The translations under genes were made by a program, and so were the position numbers. The notes under the pieces are model-generated. The model made no database searches, was not told the DNA's origin, and worked only from the letters and a program-made list of their open reading frames with translations. A DNA stretch of 64,000 nt from Sphaerodactylus townsendi (taxonomy: Eukaryota): the NCBI RefSeq assembly GCF_021028975.2, contig NC_059433.1:58280001-58344000 (forward strand), read 5' to 3'. Below, piece after piece: positions 26,723 through 38,649 of this stretch. How positions within the stretch are numbered: position 1 is the stretch's first letter; each line of letters starts with the position of its first letter.

Positions 26723-27569
26723 CCGTAAAGGTTACAATTTCCAAGTTTTCCTACTAAACAAATTTTAAAAAGTACGCTCCAAACCAAGTTGATAATTAAC
26801 TAAGATTGCATATTCTATTTTGTAGTCCTTAGCATTTTTAGGTATCTATTATTTACTTGTACTTTTTGTTCAGCCACAGACCTTGTGAACAAGATAAATC
26901 TATACATTAAACAAATAATGTTTTCTGGTGACATCATGGCTCAATATTGGTGCAGGGGTGTGTGTCTCCCACTAGTCCTTGGAGCAGCAGTGGGCAATAA
27001 GAAATGCCTTTGTGGGAAACCTGGCAACCCTTATGCCTCTGTGGAGGACAAAGCCCATTAATTTAATGCACAAAAGCCATAAAGGTTTTTCCTCCACTTC
27101 TGGGAGGACAAAAAACCCTCCCCCATGAAGAAAAGTGTCTTGTAAGGTCGGCCTGGACATCCCCCTAACATGCTATATTGCTCCATGTGCTTACGGTTCA
27201 GAGTAGCACTCTATCCCTCACAGGTATTTGTATGGGTAGCTGCATGAGGATCATAAATAAACTAACCCTTCGTGCAGAGGCATATTGGTGGGAAATGGCG
27301 CCTGAGTACAACCCCTGCTCCGGATGCCCCCCAGCACTATCCCGTGCTCAGGGGTGGGGCTTGAGGCGGCTTGGATGGGCACAGCAGCAGCAGGCTGGCT
27401 CCTGGGCTAGCCTGCTGCCACGGTGCCCATCTGAGCCACCCCTGGTCTCCCTGCAGGCCGCCTCCTGCAGAAGCCGGCCATCAGGAAGATGGGGGGGGGG
27501 GTCAGGTGTTGCGGCAGGCGGCCCAGGAGACAGCCTGCCACCGTGGTGCCCATCCAATCTAAGAGAGGA

Positions 27570-28290
27570 GGTGATTATCCTTGCCTTGAAACAGGAAATG
27601 ACATGCCCACTCCTAAAGAAGCATACTCTAGACCCATCAGAGTTGAATAACTGCCATCTGATATCTATACTATTCAGCAAGGCCAGGGGTAGGGAACCTG
27701 CGGCTCTCCAGATGTTCAGGAACTACAATTCCCATCAGCCTCTGTCAGCATGGCCAATTGGCCATGCTGGTAGGGGCTGATGGGAATTGTAGTTCCTGAA
27801 CATCTGGAGAGCCGCAGGTTCCCTACCCCTGAGCAAGGCAATTGAACAAGTAGTGGTGCTAGGCAACTTCAGGGATTCCTAAGTGAAGTAGAATGTTTGG
27901 ATCTATTCCAATCTGGTTTTAGGTCTGGTTACAGAACTGAAACAGCCCTGATCACCAGATGGATACCATCTGCTGGGAGATGAAAGGGGTGTGTTACCCT
28001 ATTAATTTCCTTGGATCTCTTGTTGGGTTTTGATACCATTGATCTGCACAGCATTTCAAGGACTGGGAGCACTGTTTTACTGTGCTTTTGGTTCTATCTT
28101 GAAGGTAGATTTCAGAACATGGTGCTAAAGGACTGTTGCTCTGCACCTTTCTCTTGGCCTATTGAGTCCCTAAAAGCTATATGCCATTAAAGGTTGAATT
28201 GAATTGAGGAGATCTCCCTAAAAGATTTCATCTACATAAAGCTGTTAGGAGAATTCATTGTGAGCTTTGGGCTGAATTGCCACAAATATG
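27570..28290 (+). mobile_element. Old L2 RT fragment (N-terminal part; resumes at ~30160-30760)
   Basis: PLLKKHTLDPSELNN and degenerate RT motif DNA (GGTTTTAGG...GAAACAGCC, TTTGATACCATTGAT). Confidence 0.65.
27684..27831. mobile_element. Palindromic hAT MITE inserted in an old L2
   Basis: Same family as 26575; TSD AGCAAGGC. Confidence 0.92.
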
Positions 28291-28559
28291 CAGAAAACAC
28301 ACAGTGCCCCTTCAGATTTCCAGAAGATTTCCAGGTTTCCATTTTCAGGGATCAGAGTCTCTCTTTCTAGGAAACAAACAGATAAAAATGCTTATTTGCA
28401 TTATACCTTCTTTCATCCATGGTTTTTAAAGAACAACTTGTCTTTGGGGTTATTTCTTGGAGCAAAAAGAAAACAGCACACACTCTAGGGTTAAAAAAGC
28501 AGCAAGATCAATAGAAGTAAGATTTCTAAACAGATATTACCCTTGGAAAATTATTCACC

Positions 28560-29240
28560 GAGCCAAGAGAAGAGCAGACAATACTATTAGGAGGGACCTA
28601 TTACAATCAAACTCACAGAAAACAGAATAATCAGCTCTTTTGAGTAGTCAAATCAGTGATAAAATAAAATATATTATTTTCAAGTACTGGCCACTATTAC
28701 AGGACATGCCAGGCAGTGAGCCCCCCCCCCCCCCACCTATTGGTTTAAGATTACTGGGAAGTTGGGAGACGTGTTAATTAAAATGCGTGCCCCATACACC
28801 ACATTTACTATAAAGTGGCATTTGTAGAGCATGTCCACTCACTATAGACATGAAGGAGATGTCCTTCCACAATTTCCCTAGGAAACTTACAGACTTCTCC
28901 AATTGTAATGCCAAAAAATGTGCATATATCATCTGTGATTGCAAATTACTATACACTGGTCAAATTTCTGGGATGGTGAAGGTTCAATTGCTCGTACATG
29001 TTTTGCACATTCGAAACCATGTGACAGAAGCACCTGTTATTGATCATTTTATTCATGAGCAGCAGTCTCCAAAATCACTTCACTTTGGGTTTCTGGCAAT
29101 GGTGGATGAGCATGCTTCCCATATCAACACCCAACAGAGAGTGCATAGATTGGAGACTTTCTTTATCTTTCTGGTTGGAACACTGGAGCCAACCAGTTTA
29201 AACCAGAATTTAGACTTCTCTGTGTACCTCTGAACAATTA
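28560..29240 (+). mobile_element. Penelope-like element fragment with a degenerate GIY-YIG endonuclease (ORF 28850-29233)
   Basis: AYII-C-x-C-xLLYTGQ...H...IR...P-V-xxHF...E-xFFIF...TLEP-x-LN pattern of PLE GIY-YIG domains. Confidence 0.75.
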
Positions 29241-29714
29241 ACAATACCTGTGGATTTTGTGTTCTTATCTCTCTTTCCCCTCCCCCCTTTAAATATGAAA
29301 GCCATCTGATTGCCAAGGACATTTGGCAGCAGCTTAGAGAATCGGCAGCAGATCACACTCCAGGAAGGTAAAAGGCTTATTCACTATTGCACAGGCAGGC
29401 AAGAATGTGTTTTAGCCTCTCAGGAGACGATGTGAAGACCTATCTCATCATATTCAGTATGTTATTGCAGGATTAACCAGCCAGGCTCCTGAAACATTGG
29501 AATTAGCTGTTGACTAAAACAAGATTTGCATCCCAACCCAAGAGACTTGTATATAAGTATAACTCTTTAGGAATTTTTTATGCTACCAGTTCTTTCTTTC
29601 TGTTAGAGTACCTGATATTGTGTTTTGTTTTCCAGAAAACACTAGCCTTGAAAGTACTCATGAGATCAGTCTACTATCCAGACACTGATTAGCTTAGTGG
29701 TTAACTGTCATTTT

Positions 29715-30663
29715 GTTGGCACAATTGGTGCGTTGTTGACTTGAAACACGTCAAGTGTATCTTACCATACATAATTGGCTAAAGGTTCGAACATTGCGAT
29801 GACAAATCATTAGCCAATTATCCTGCAGGATACACAGGGAACTAAGCTCTGGGTATCCTGCAGCCCCATTGGGCATTGCCAGGCCATGGAACAGTTGCTC
29901 CACAGCACAGCAAAGCCTTCCTGCCTCCCCCATCCCAAACACACACCCTGCCCTCACCCTTCCCCCACCCCACACCCTTCCCCCAAAAGTCTCGCGGGCC
30001 CATCTGCAGCCTGACAGACCCCACCTTCACCGCCCCCAAAAGTCCACTCTCCCCCACTGATAGCTCCCTTACTACCCTCCCCCACTTTTAGCCACCCACT
30101 GCCACCCTCCCCTACCCCTAGCCATCCCTAGACAGCATTTTTTGGTAAAAGCCTTACACAGGGTAAACTGTTATTTGCTTTATCTGATCTAGGAAATGGC
30201 ATATCTCCAATCCTAGATGGGGTTGAACTCGCTCTAGGAACTGGTTTGTTGCTTGGAGGTACTGCTGGATCTGGGCCTCCTGTTGGAACAATATGTGTCA
30301 GTCAGGGGTAACTTTCACCAGCTTCAGCTTTCCTAGATTGGAAAGATCTTGCTGCTGTGGTGCGCTGCCTGGTAACATCTAGATTAAATTACTGTAATAG
30401 ACTCTACATGGGCTGCCCTTGAAGACTGTCCAGACAGAATGCCTGAATGCTGATGGGAGTGGTCATAGGGATCATATCATTCCAGTTGGCACAATTGGTG
30501 CATTGTTGACTTGAAACACGTCAAGTGTATCTTACCATACATAATTGGCTAAGGGTTCGAACATTGCGATGACAAATCATTAGCCAATTATCCTGCAGCA
30601 TACACAGGGAACTAAGCTCTGGGTATCCTGCAGCCCCATTGGGCGTTGCCAGGCCATGGAACA
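29715..30663 (+). repeat. 179-bp direct repeat pair (29715-29893 and 30485-30663; 4 mismatches)
   Basis: Direct comparison of the two copies. Confidence 0.95.
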
Positions 30664-31475
30664 TCTATGCTTGGTCTGAATTGGCTTCCATGTCCAATTC
30701 AAGGTGCTGGCATTAAACTTTAAAGCGTTTAAATGTCTCGGGTCCAGCAAAGATGAAGAATTACCTGCCACTCTAATCAACTTTGGAAGTCCCTGGAACC
30801 TGAGGCTACATGGGTGGCAACCTGAGAAACCGTCTTCTTGGCTGAGGAACAAAAACTTTGCTTCTCCCTTCCCAAGGAGATTCAGCTGTGTCCCTCTTAT
30901 CATTTTCTGCCATCAGGTGAACTTATTGTCTCCCCAATAACTATTATTGGTCCTGCTCCTTGCTTGTATTCTTTACTGCGACATTTTACTCATTTGGTTA
31001 AAATATTTCATTATATATTTCATATATGCTATTCTAATGTCTCAGATATGTTAATGTTTGCTACCTTGGTGGGAAAGGTAGTTTAGCATTGTTTCAAATA
31101 AAAAATACTTCTAATTTTTTCTTTTTTTCCTCATTTCTTATACGGTATATTTTAATTGTGCCAGTCATAGGTTTAGCAAGGACATGTGTTCATACTCTAA
31201 ATAATTTAAAAGCAGGGAATATAATCAAACCTGAAAAAAAACCTACACTGACTTTGTTTCCCTGGCAACTTGGGGTCCCTTTCTTTTCTTTTAGTTAATT
31301 AAAGTTTATTTGGATTACAAAGTTACAGAAAAATGACTGCTGAATATCGGTTAAAGTTAACAAAAGCATACAAATGAGAAAAAAGATATACATGCTAGCA
31401 TCCCCTAAATTAGGGGTTGTCATAAAATAGTTACCTACATTTCATTCCTGTGACTTCACCAGTCGTTAACTAATA

Positions 31476-31707
31476 CCCCGTTTCCCCGAATATAAGACAT
31501 CCCCGGAAAATAAGACATAGTAGAGGTTTTGCTGAAGTGCGAAATATAAGGCATCCCCTGAAAGTAAGACGTAGCAAAGTTTTTGTTTGGAAGCATGCCC
31601 GATGAACAGAACACAGAAAAATAAGACATCCCCTGAAAATAAGACATAGCGCATCTTTGGGAGCAAAAATTAATATAAGACACTGTCTTATTTTCAGGGA
31701 AACACGG
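31476..31707. mobile_element. Tc1/mariner-superfamily (Tc2/pogo-like) MITE
   Basis: TA TSDs; TIR CC..GTTTCCCCGAA.ATAAGACA / TGTCTTATTTTCAGGGAAACACGG; internal repeats of the TIR motif. Confidence 0.85.
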
Positions 31708-32514
31708 TATAATCTAAAGAGTGAAAGTTGGTTAGTTATTTGCTAGCCAGCTATATAATATATACTTCTAATTTTTTCAGGGCAGGAAAAGTAATGCAAT
31801 AAACATGTTTTCAGTAAATCAGTAATACTGATCCTTTCAATAACCTATATCAGGGGCTACTTTTTTTTCAAGAGCCTTACAAGATATCAGTCACAAAATG
31901 GTGGCCAGGCAGGGGGAACTAGTCACAAAATGGTGACTTGTGCAAAAATCAGTGTGTCAGAGTAGTTCTGCAGAGCTCAGGTGGAAACCTTTCTTCTGCT
32001 CTTTTTAAAAAGCAAACCATGGCCAACCTTGTAACTAACTTTACCTTTGTTTTCCCTGGAAGAGACAAATAGTTTTGATGGAAGGTGAAAGAGTCAATAG
32101 CATGCTGCTTTGCTGTCAACAAGCAAACCATGGCATGTATGTAAGTTTGAAAGACGAGATGAAAAAGATGCTGGTAGCATCACTTTCCCATCCAGCACAA
32201 AGGTGAATGCATGAATGTGCCTCTCTTTCTTCTTCACACAACAGAGAAAAGAAACTGCTACAATAGCTTTAAAGAAAGCAATTGGAGCAGCAGTGGAGGA
32301 GGGGCATAGAACTACTTTTATTTACTGGGAGAATGACTCATTATTTGAGTGACCTTCTGCCTACTCTTAGTCTACAGCAAAACCTAGCCATTTGATTCTG
32401 TTGATGGTATAAATTGTACCAAAGTTCGGCAGCATTCCCTAAATAACCAAATCTTTTAATAGTTCAAATAAACAATTCACTCAAAAATTTCAAACGTAAT
32501 TATGAATAATTACT

Positions 32515-32600
32515 TGCATAAAATTCCTGTGTTCTAGTTTTGCCTCTCATAAGATATATATCTTATGAGAGGCAAAACTAGAACACAGGAATTTTATGCA
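32515..32600. repeat. Perfect 86-bp palindrome (43-bp arms, no spacer)
   Basis: TGCATAAAATTCC...AAGATAT|ATATCTT...GGAATTTTATGCA. Confidence 0.95.
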
Positions 32601-35600
32601 CGTAATGATTTCAGTACAGCCTTCTATAACAGTACAGTGTTCAAAAGTATATTACATTTATATTGGAAATTAGTAATTTTAACTGTGTTTCTTAACCTTG
32701 TTTTGCTTTAAAATATTGTCCTGTTTTGTATACCAATAAAGGCGTGTGTGTGTGGATACATTAGATTTATTAAGCAGAAGATATTTCGAGCTGATGAATT
32801 TCTAAATTTATCTAATGAAAATCTAAAAGCTGCCAGGAAGCAATTCTCAAAGTTCTCAAATTGATGAACTTATGAGTCTACATTTCAGTGTAAGAAATCA
32901 GATGTATTTCCACTTGTAGAAGTTTTGCTAGATGTAGTATTTGTAAAATGCAATTCAGAAGCTTTGGTACTCATTAAATATTTTTAGCTGCTTGGGAGCT
33001 GTTCATCTGTGAGTGAATTCCAGATATGGGGGATGCATTAAGTGATTCAACTAGACAGCCAGAACCCATCATTTAGATGTTGCTCCCAGCCAAATAGAAC
33101 CTGTTTGTCGATGAGAAGATGTTTAAAGGGCATCTAATTTGAAAAAAAAAAACCTGTTCTTTTAGATAGCTCTTTATGCTTCAAGATGAGAATGCTGGAT
33201 GTTGAATATGCAGTTCATACACAATATTAAAAATTATGAAGAGAAATTTACACTTTATCCAGAAACCTTCCACTGTAACAAGGTAATTAATAAGAAAATG
33301 TTCTGCACAGTATTCTATGGCTAGCCAGTTGAATGCTTAGTGCATATCTGCATGCTTGCAGCTCAGAATAAGGATTAGATGTATTCACACAAAGTATCTG
33401 GTCTCCAGAGTCCATTTTCATAAGAAAAAGGGTCCTGTCAAATTGCCAGAGCTGACTTATCACAGAAAACCATTCATTAACATTTCATAAGGTATAGCAT
33501 GGTGAAGTGCAATTCAAAATACAAAAAGAAGTAATCGCTAGTGAGGTATTAAAGTAAGGATCTTAATATCACTCACTGCAGAGACAGATACAATCACATT
33601 TTCCCACTGTATTTTGTACTGATTAAAATATAGTATCTAACAAAATACATTATCATGTGCAATTAAGTGTATATGGACTTCCTGCATTATAAAATAAGTA
33701 AAGGTGACCTCATTAATTCCTTTAGTGTATTCCGACAAGGTCATTTGGGAGTCTAGTATGATCTGTACAACTGGTTTCCCAGTTAACATCACTTCTGCAA
33801 CAAACGTCTTGTTATGTAGTATTCAGCAACACTGGAAGTTTACAACCTAAGTTGATAGCACCTAAGCTGCATTGTGTCAAATATGAAATATCCTGCTTGC
33901 CTAGATGTCTTGTAGATTGAGGCAATAGTTGAAATTTGACAGTAAATTTTGTGTTGCAGCCAAATTTCATCCAAAGCCATTTTTGCCACAAGCAGTAAGC
34001 AGACTAACATTGCCTTAATGGCCGTTTTATTCTCAAATATGCCTTTTCCGTTTTTAATAGGGAATTTGTGACATACACTATCAATTAAAATTATATTACA
34101 TTAGTAACATATTCTTAATATGATGTATTATCACAGCATCCAAACCGTTCAGATGCACCCCCTGGTACTAGATACTGTCTCTGGAGCCTATATTGTTTGT
34201 ATTCTTTTAACCTGAACTCTGATGCTTGCCTATTTTAAGCTGTTTCAAAATTAATTTGGTAAGATAACCACATATTAGACCACACCATTCAAACGATCAT
34301 TTCCTTCACTATCCAAACGGTATGAAAAAATGACATCTTGAAGAAAACAAATAGTAGAAAGTTAAAAAAAGAGAATACACTGGATATACAAGCTCTAGTT
34401 AACTTTAATACACATACAAGTTTTTATTTAAAACTAAAAAGCAAACATCAGAAGTAATTATGCTTCAATTTATTTGCTGCTATGCAAGCTAAGATATTGT
34501 AAAAAGATAGGTTTCTGACACCTTTCCAACAGCAGAAATGACTTAGTCTTTGTTTTCCCTGGCAGAATCATGCAGTTCCCAAAAGGGGTCTGTAGTGAGG
34601 AAAAAAATCAGGCAACATTAAGCCCCTCCCCTCCATCAGCAAAATTTCAGTAAAAAAAACCCACCACCTTCAATAACGTTTGAAACAGCGAACAAATATA
34701 TGGTAATGGCAGTTCTGTAGCATTTAACATTTTTCTGGGATTGTGAAATACTTTGTTCTGCCACATTTAACAAGAGGTTTGAGGCACCACATCCTTAACA
34801 GTACATTTCAAAATGAACAAATTAATTCCACTGCATTCTTTAACAATGACTGAGGTTGAAGATTTGATCAGTCATCTTTCATCAAAAAAATACCCTGCGA
34901 TCAACATATTCTACAGAGGTTTTCAAAGCTAATGTTGGTTGAGCAGCCTGTCATATGCAGCCTCTCTAATGGTGTAACTATCAATAGCCATCTCCTGACT
35001 GAGAGAAACCTAATGTCCCAAACCCTAATGACGAATGTAAAAAAAAAAAAATACTTCCAGCACATGGTTGGATATTATGGCTGTCCTATGTAGCAATTAT
35101 CTATCTTTTAAACTTGAGGTGTTAGCAAATGAGATTTTTGTCAGGGTTTGCTAGGTTTACAGCTAAGTACTCTATGACAGACTAATGGTTGATGCCCCAA
35201 TCTTTTTAACAAGAACATCTTAATTCATAAAATCATAGAAACACAACAGACAAAAATATGCTACTTTAGAAAATACTTTATAATTCTACCCTTAACTACA
35301 GATTAGAAGAACTGAGTTCTCTATTCTATCATCACACTGCAAAACAAAAACTCTACCATTTTTTTGTGGTATAACAGGTGAACTGCCAGTCAATCAGATT
35401 TGGGGCTATTTCCTTTACAACTTCATCAATCAACTGAACTGGAATATTTCCCCCCTCATGAGTGCAGAAGCAAAATAAAATTCAAAGTCCTACTTTAGGC
35501 TGCTGATAGGCAATACATTAGTCAGCTTATACAATGCACTCACAGTTGTGACTGCTTTTTGTAGTTGTAATGGTTTAACAAATATGATAAACAACTGTTG

Positions 35601-37329
35601 CCATCTTTGGATGATACTCTCCCAGGCACAAGTGGCGAACTAACTTGCATAAAAAGTAACTGAATGTATTTTATTTGGGTATCCTTTTTCAGCTCTGGAT
35701 CCTATACACAGAAGCAATATAATCACACTCAAGCTATTACAATGAAGTTACAATATGATGCTACACTTTTGGTTTTGGAAGATGAAAGTAACTAAGTAGA
35801 GTCTGTCCATTTTGGAGGAAAAACTTCATCTTTATGGTGGTGAGGCTCAAAAGGATGAACTGTCCTGTAAAGTTTCCGAAACGGAAATTTTGGGAACATT
35901 TCAGGACACTCCAGCAGCTTTTCTAAGACAGTGAAGCAAGATAAAGCCTGCAAAAAGCCAAACTAGTTCGTAATTCAGCAACTGCTGAATTAAACTCTCT
36001 TTGATGTAACAGAATATAATTCCTAAGATTTAAACAAGAACATGTTCTATTCTTACCATTTCATCTGGTGCCAAAACTTAACCTAACTGTTTCACTCAAA
36101 TTTATCTGTTTTTTAAAGGTCAGATTTAATATTAGGGTGCTTGTCAGTGCCTCAATGAACAGCAATGCCATGGTTTGCAAAGTTTAAGAATTGTACGGAA
36201 GACGCTTTTGTTCAGCAGAAGACTGAGATGTGCTTAAGATCAACTATCTGTTTTAGAATTAGTAACATAAACTTATTGAAGAGATCATCAGAGTATCATT
36301 CACCATGTGTATCATTTTACTAGGAATATATTGCAGGGTCCAAAGTTTGTTACTGTAAGTCCTGCCTGGGAGAGAAAGGGTAAGGTTTAAACTTTCTTTG
36401 CTGTAAAGCTGCTGAATACACAGAAGATTATTTCACAATAGATTATGGCTATAGGAAGCTGAGTGTTTCTTCCAAATATCATTTGTGTCTTCTACAGTGA
36501 TTCCAACAGAAAACAAATTATCAGAGCATCACATTTGCAATAAAAGTGAGATGAAGCATGGTGATGAAGACTAGTCTCCTTGGAATTCTTACAGATTTAT
36601 AGAAGTAGCAGTTTTTCTGGTTATCTGCTAGCTTTACTTTGTATTACCATGATTATGATTTTCAAGTATTGAACAAACACATGGTCATTTATCCCTTTTA
36701 CAACCCAATCCACAGAGAAAGGGAGTGCTCCAAAGAGGATCTCAGCAGTGCAGGATGCTTAAAGAGAGAAGAAATTTATTAGTGGAGCTGCAAGCAAATG
36801 GGATGTGCTTGCCTTTCAAGTGACATAAGTCACTGGAAATTAAAGGGGGTGTTCCCTGGCTGAAAGCCCTCAAGATGCTGACTAGTCAGCTCTGCACCTG
36901 GGAATGTCCTCACTGGCTCTAATGCAAGCCTCTGCGCCAGAAGAGTGCTGGTGCCTGGGTGCTGCAGTTTACTGGTGCTAGCATATGTGCCTTTGCACCA
37001 GCGTAAATGCCACTTATGCTAGTTTGAGGTGATATCTACACCAGTGCAGGCCCCTTTCTCTATAGATTGCACTGTCAAAGTACCACAGATATTCCCACTG
37101 AAATACTTTCAAAACAGTATAAAAATACCAAGTGGCTGTCATTACTGATCTTCAACATCAGTGGATGTTGATGAATTGTAAAGCCAATAGTGAGCTTCAT
37201 ATAATAGGGCAGGCTCATGGAAAGTTACACTGAGGCAATATTTACAATTTGTAATCATTTATTTGCAGACATATAAGGAAATATTCTTCAGAAGCACGAT
37301 GTGAATTCTTCTGAGAACAACCTGAAACT

Positions 37330-38121
37330 TCATATATATATAGGATGATATTGCTTGCAGCCAAGTTTCTTCCTACATGTTGGACAAGAGTTGGCATTCC
37401 TTAGAGCATCACGGAGACATTCGCTGCAGAAGACATGACCGCATTTTGTTGACACGATGAGTCGTCCACTCTGTACAATTTCCGAATAGATATCCATGCA
37501 AATTGGGCAGCTCACAGTACCGGAACGCCTTGAGCCTGTAACTCCAGCTTCCATCAATTCCAATTCTCTCGACAAAGTACTAGTCAGCACAACATCATTG
37601 TCTCTTGGTTCATCATCATCACTACTTAATACACAGCTGTCAGGAAGATGCTGCCTTAATTTTCGATTCTGCTGTTGCCGCACATGCTCTTCAACCACCA
37701 CCACAGAATCATTGTGTGTAAGGTCAACTACTACTGGTTCTGAAGTTTCACAAGTGAGATCTACTACTTCTTCACAAGCACTTTCTTCAAGGTCAATTGG
37801 CTCCATTTGTGAAGACACTTCTACAGCAGCCATTCGACTTTGCATGCGCGTTTGCCTAGAATTAACAGTTCCTCCGCAACGCTTTTTGGGGACTTTAGAC
37901 TTTCTCATGCTCTCACTGGAAATTATGGAGGCAGCTTCAGCAGTTACCAGAAGTTCACTACCGGTGGCAGGAGAGAAAGAGGCCACAGTGGAAGTGGATG
38001 GCGAGGAGAAAGAGATGGTGGCTGAGGAAGCAGACCCAGCAGACTTGATTTGCACGCTGTTAGCTAGACTTTTGTTCTTCCTGCGCTTAGCTCCAGTGCG
38101 TTTGGCATCAGTCGGACTCAT
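37330..38121 (-). CDS. RNF4: RNF4-like SUMO-targeted E3 ubiquitin ligase, single-exon CDS (probable retrogene), 263 aa
   Basis: Four SIMs (PIDLE, VVDLT, VVVDLT, VVVV), SCVLSSDDDE acidic patch, C3HC4 RING (CPIC...CGHVFCSEC...CPTC) and terminal YHPIYI; no introns, stops or frameshifts. Probably a paralogue rather than the multi-exon RNF4 orthologue. Confidence 0.92.
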   Translation of the reverse strand: MSPTDAKRTGAKRRKNKSLANSVQIKSAGSASSATISFSSPSTSTVASFSPATGSELLVTAEAASIISSESMRKSKVPKKRCGGTVNSRQTRMQSRMAAVEVSSQMEPIDLEESACEEVVDLTCETSEPVVVDLTHNDSVVVVEEHVRQQQNRKLRQHLPDSCVLSSDDDEPRDNDVVLTSTLSRELELMEAGVTGSRRSGTVSCPICMDIYSEIVQSGRLIVSTKCGHVFCSECLRDALRNANSCPTCRKKLGCKQYHPIYI

Positions 38122-38649
38122 GGTTCACAGACAGGCCAAGCTCCCAAATGAACATCAAAGGATACGCTAAGAGCAAGAGCAAAATGTGAGAAACTCGGTC
38201 ATAAGGGCCTCTGTGCAGATTCATTCGCCCGAGTTGTACGTCACAAACACATAACTCCACCCAAACTTCCTGCTAATACGCACAAAGCCACCGAGCCGGA
38301 TAGCCCAGGGCTCACCTACCCACATAAAAGCACGTTCTTCAGGTCCTAGGTTGTTGTTTTTTAAAGGAGCAAAACTCTTCTTTTCTAGCTCTCTTTTTGA
38401 CTTTATCTCTTGCTTCTAAAGTAAGAGACCTGAAGTAAAGCAAGCCTGCCCTGGGACAATCGGAAACCAACGTGTCTCCATTTGGTATAATGGCAACCGG
38501 ACAGGAAGCCACCCAGGCAATTCCATCCACCTTCTTTACACAATGCACCAGAGCAGCCTCTATCCTAGTCCTGTTCCTGACCCACACCCATTACTCCACA
38601 CAATCCCTTACTAGCACCGCAGAGCCTCCTATAAACCAAGAACTACACT

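Noticed and set aside
29715-30663. TRIM/LTR retroelement interpretation of the 179-bp repeats (first copy has TGTT...AACA ends)
   Set aside because: No TSD, PBS or polypurine tract; the second copy starts AG and L2 sequence continues through it
37496-38170. 224-aa plus-strand ORF
   Set aside because: Antisense shadow of the RNF4-like CDS; no recognisable domain
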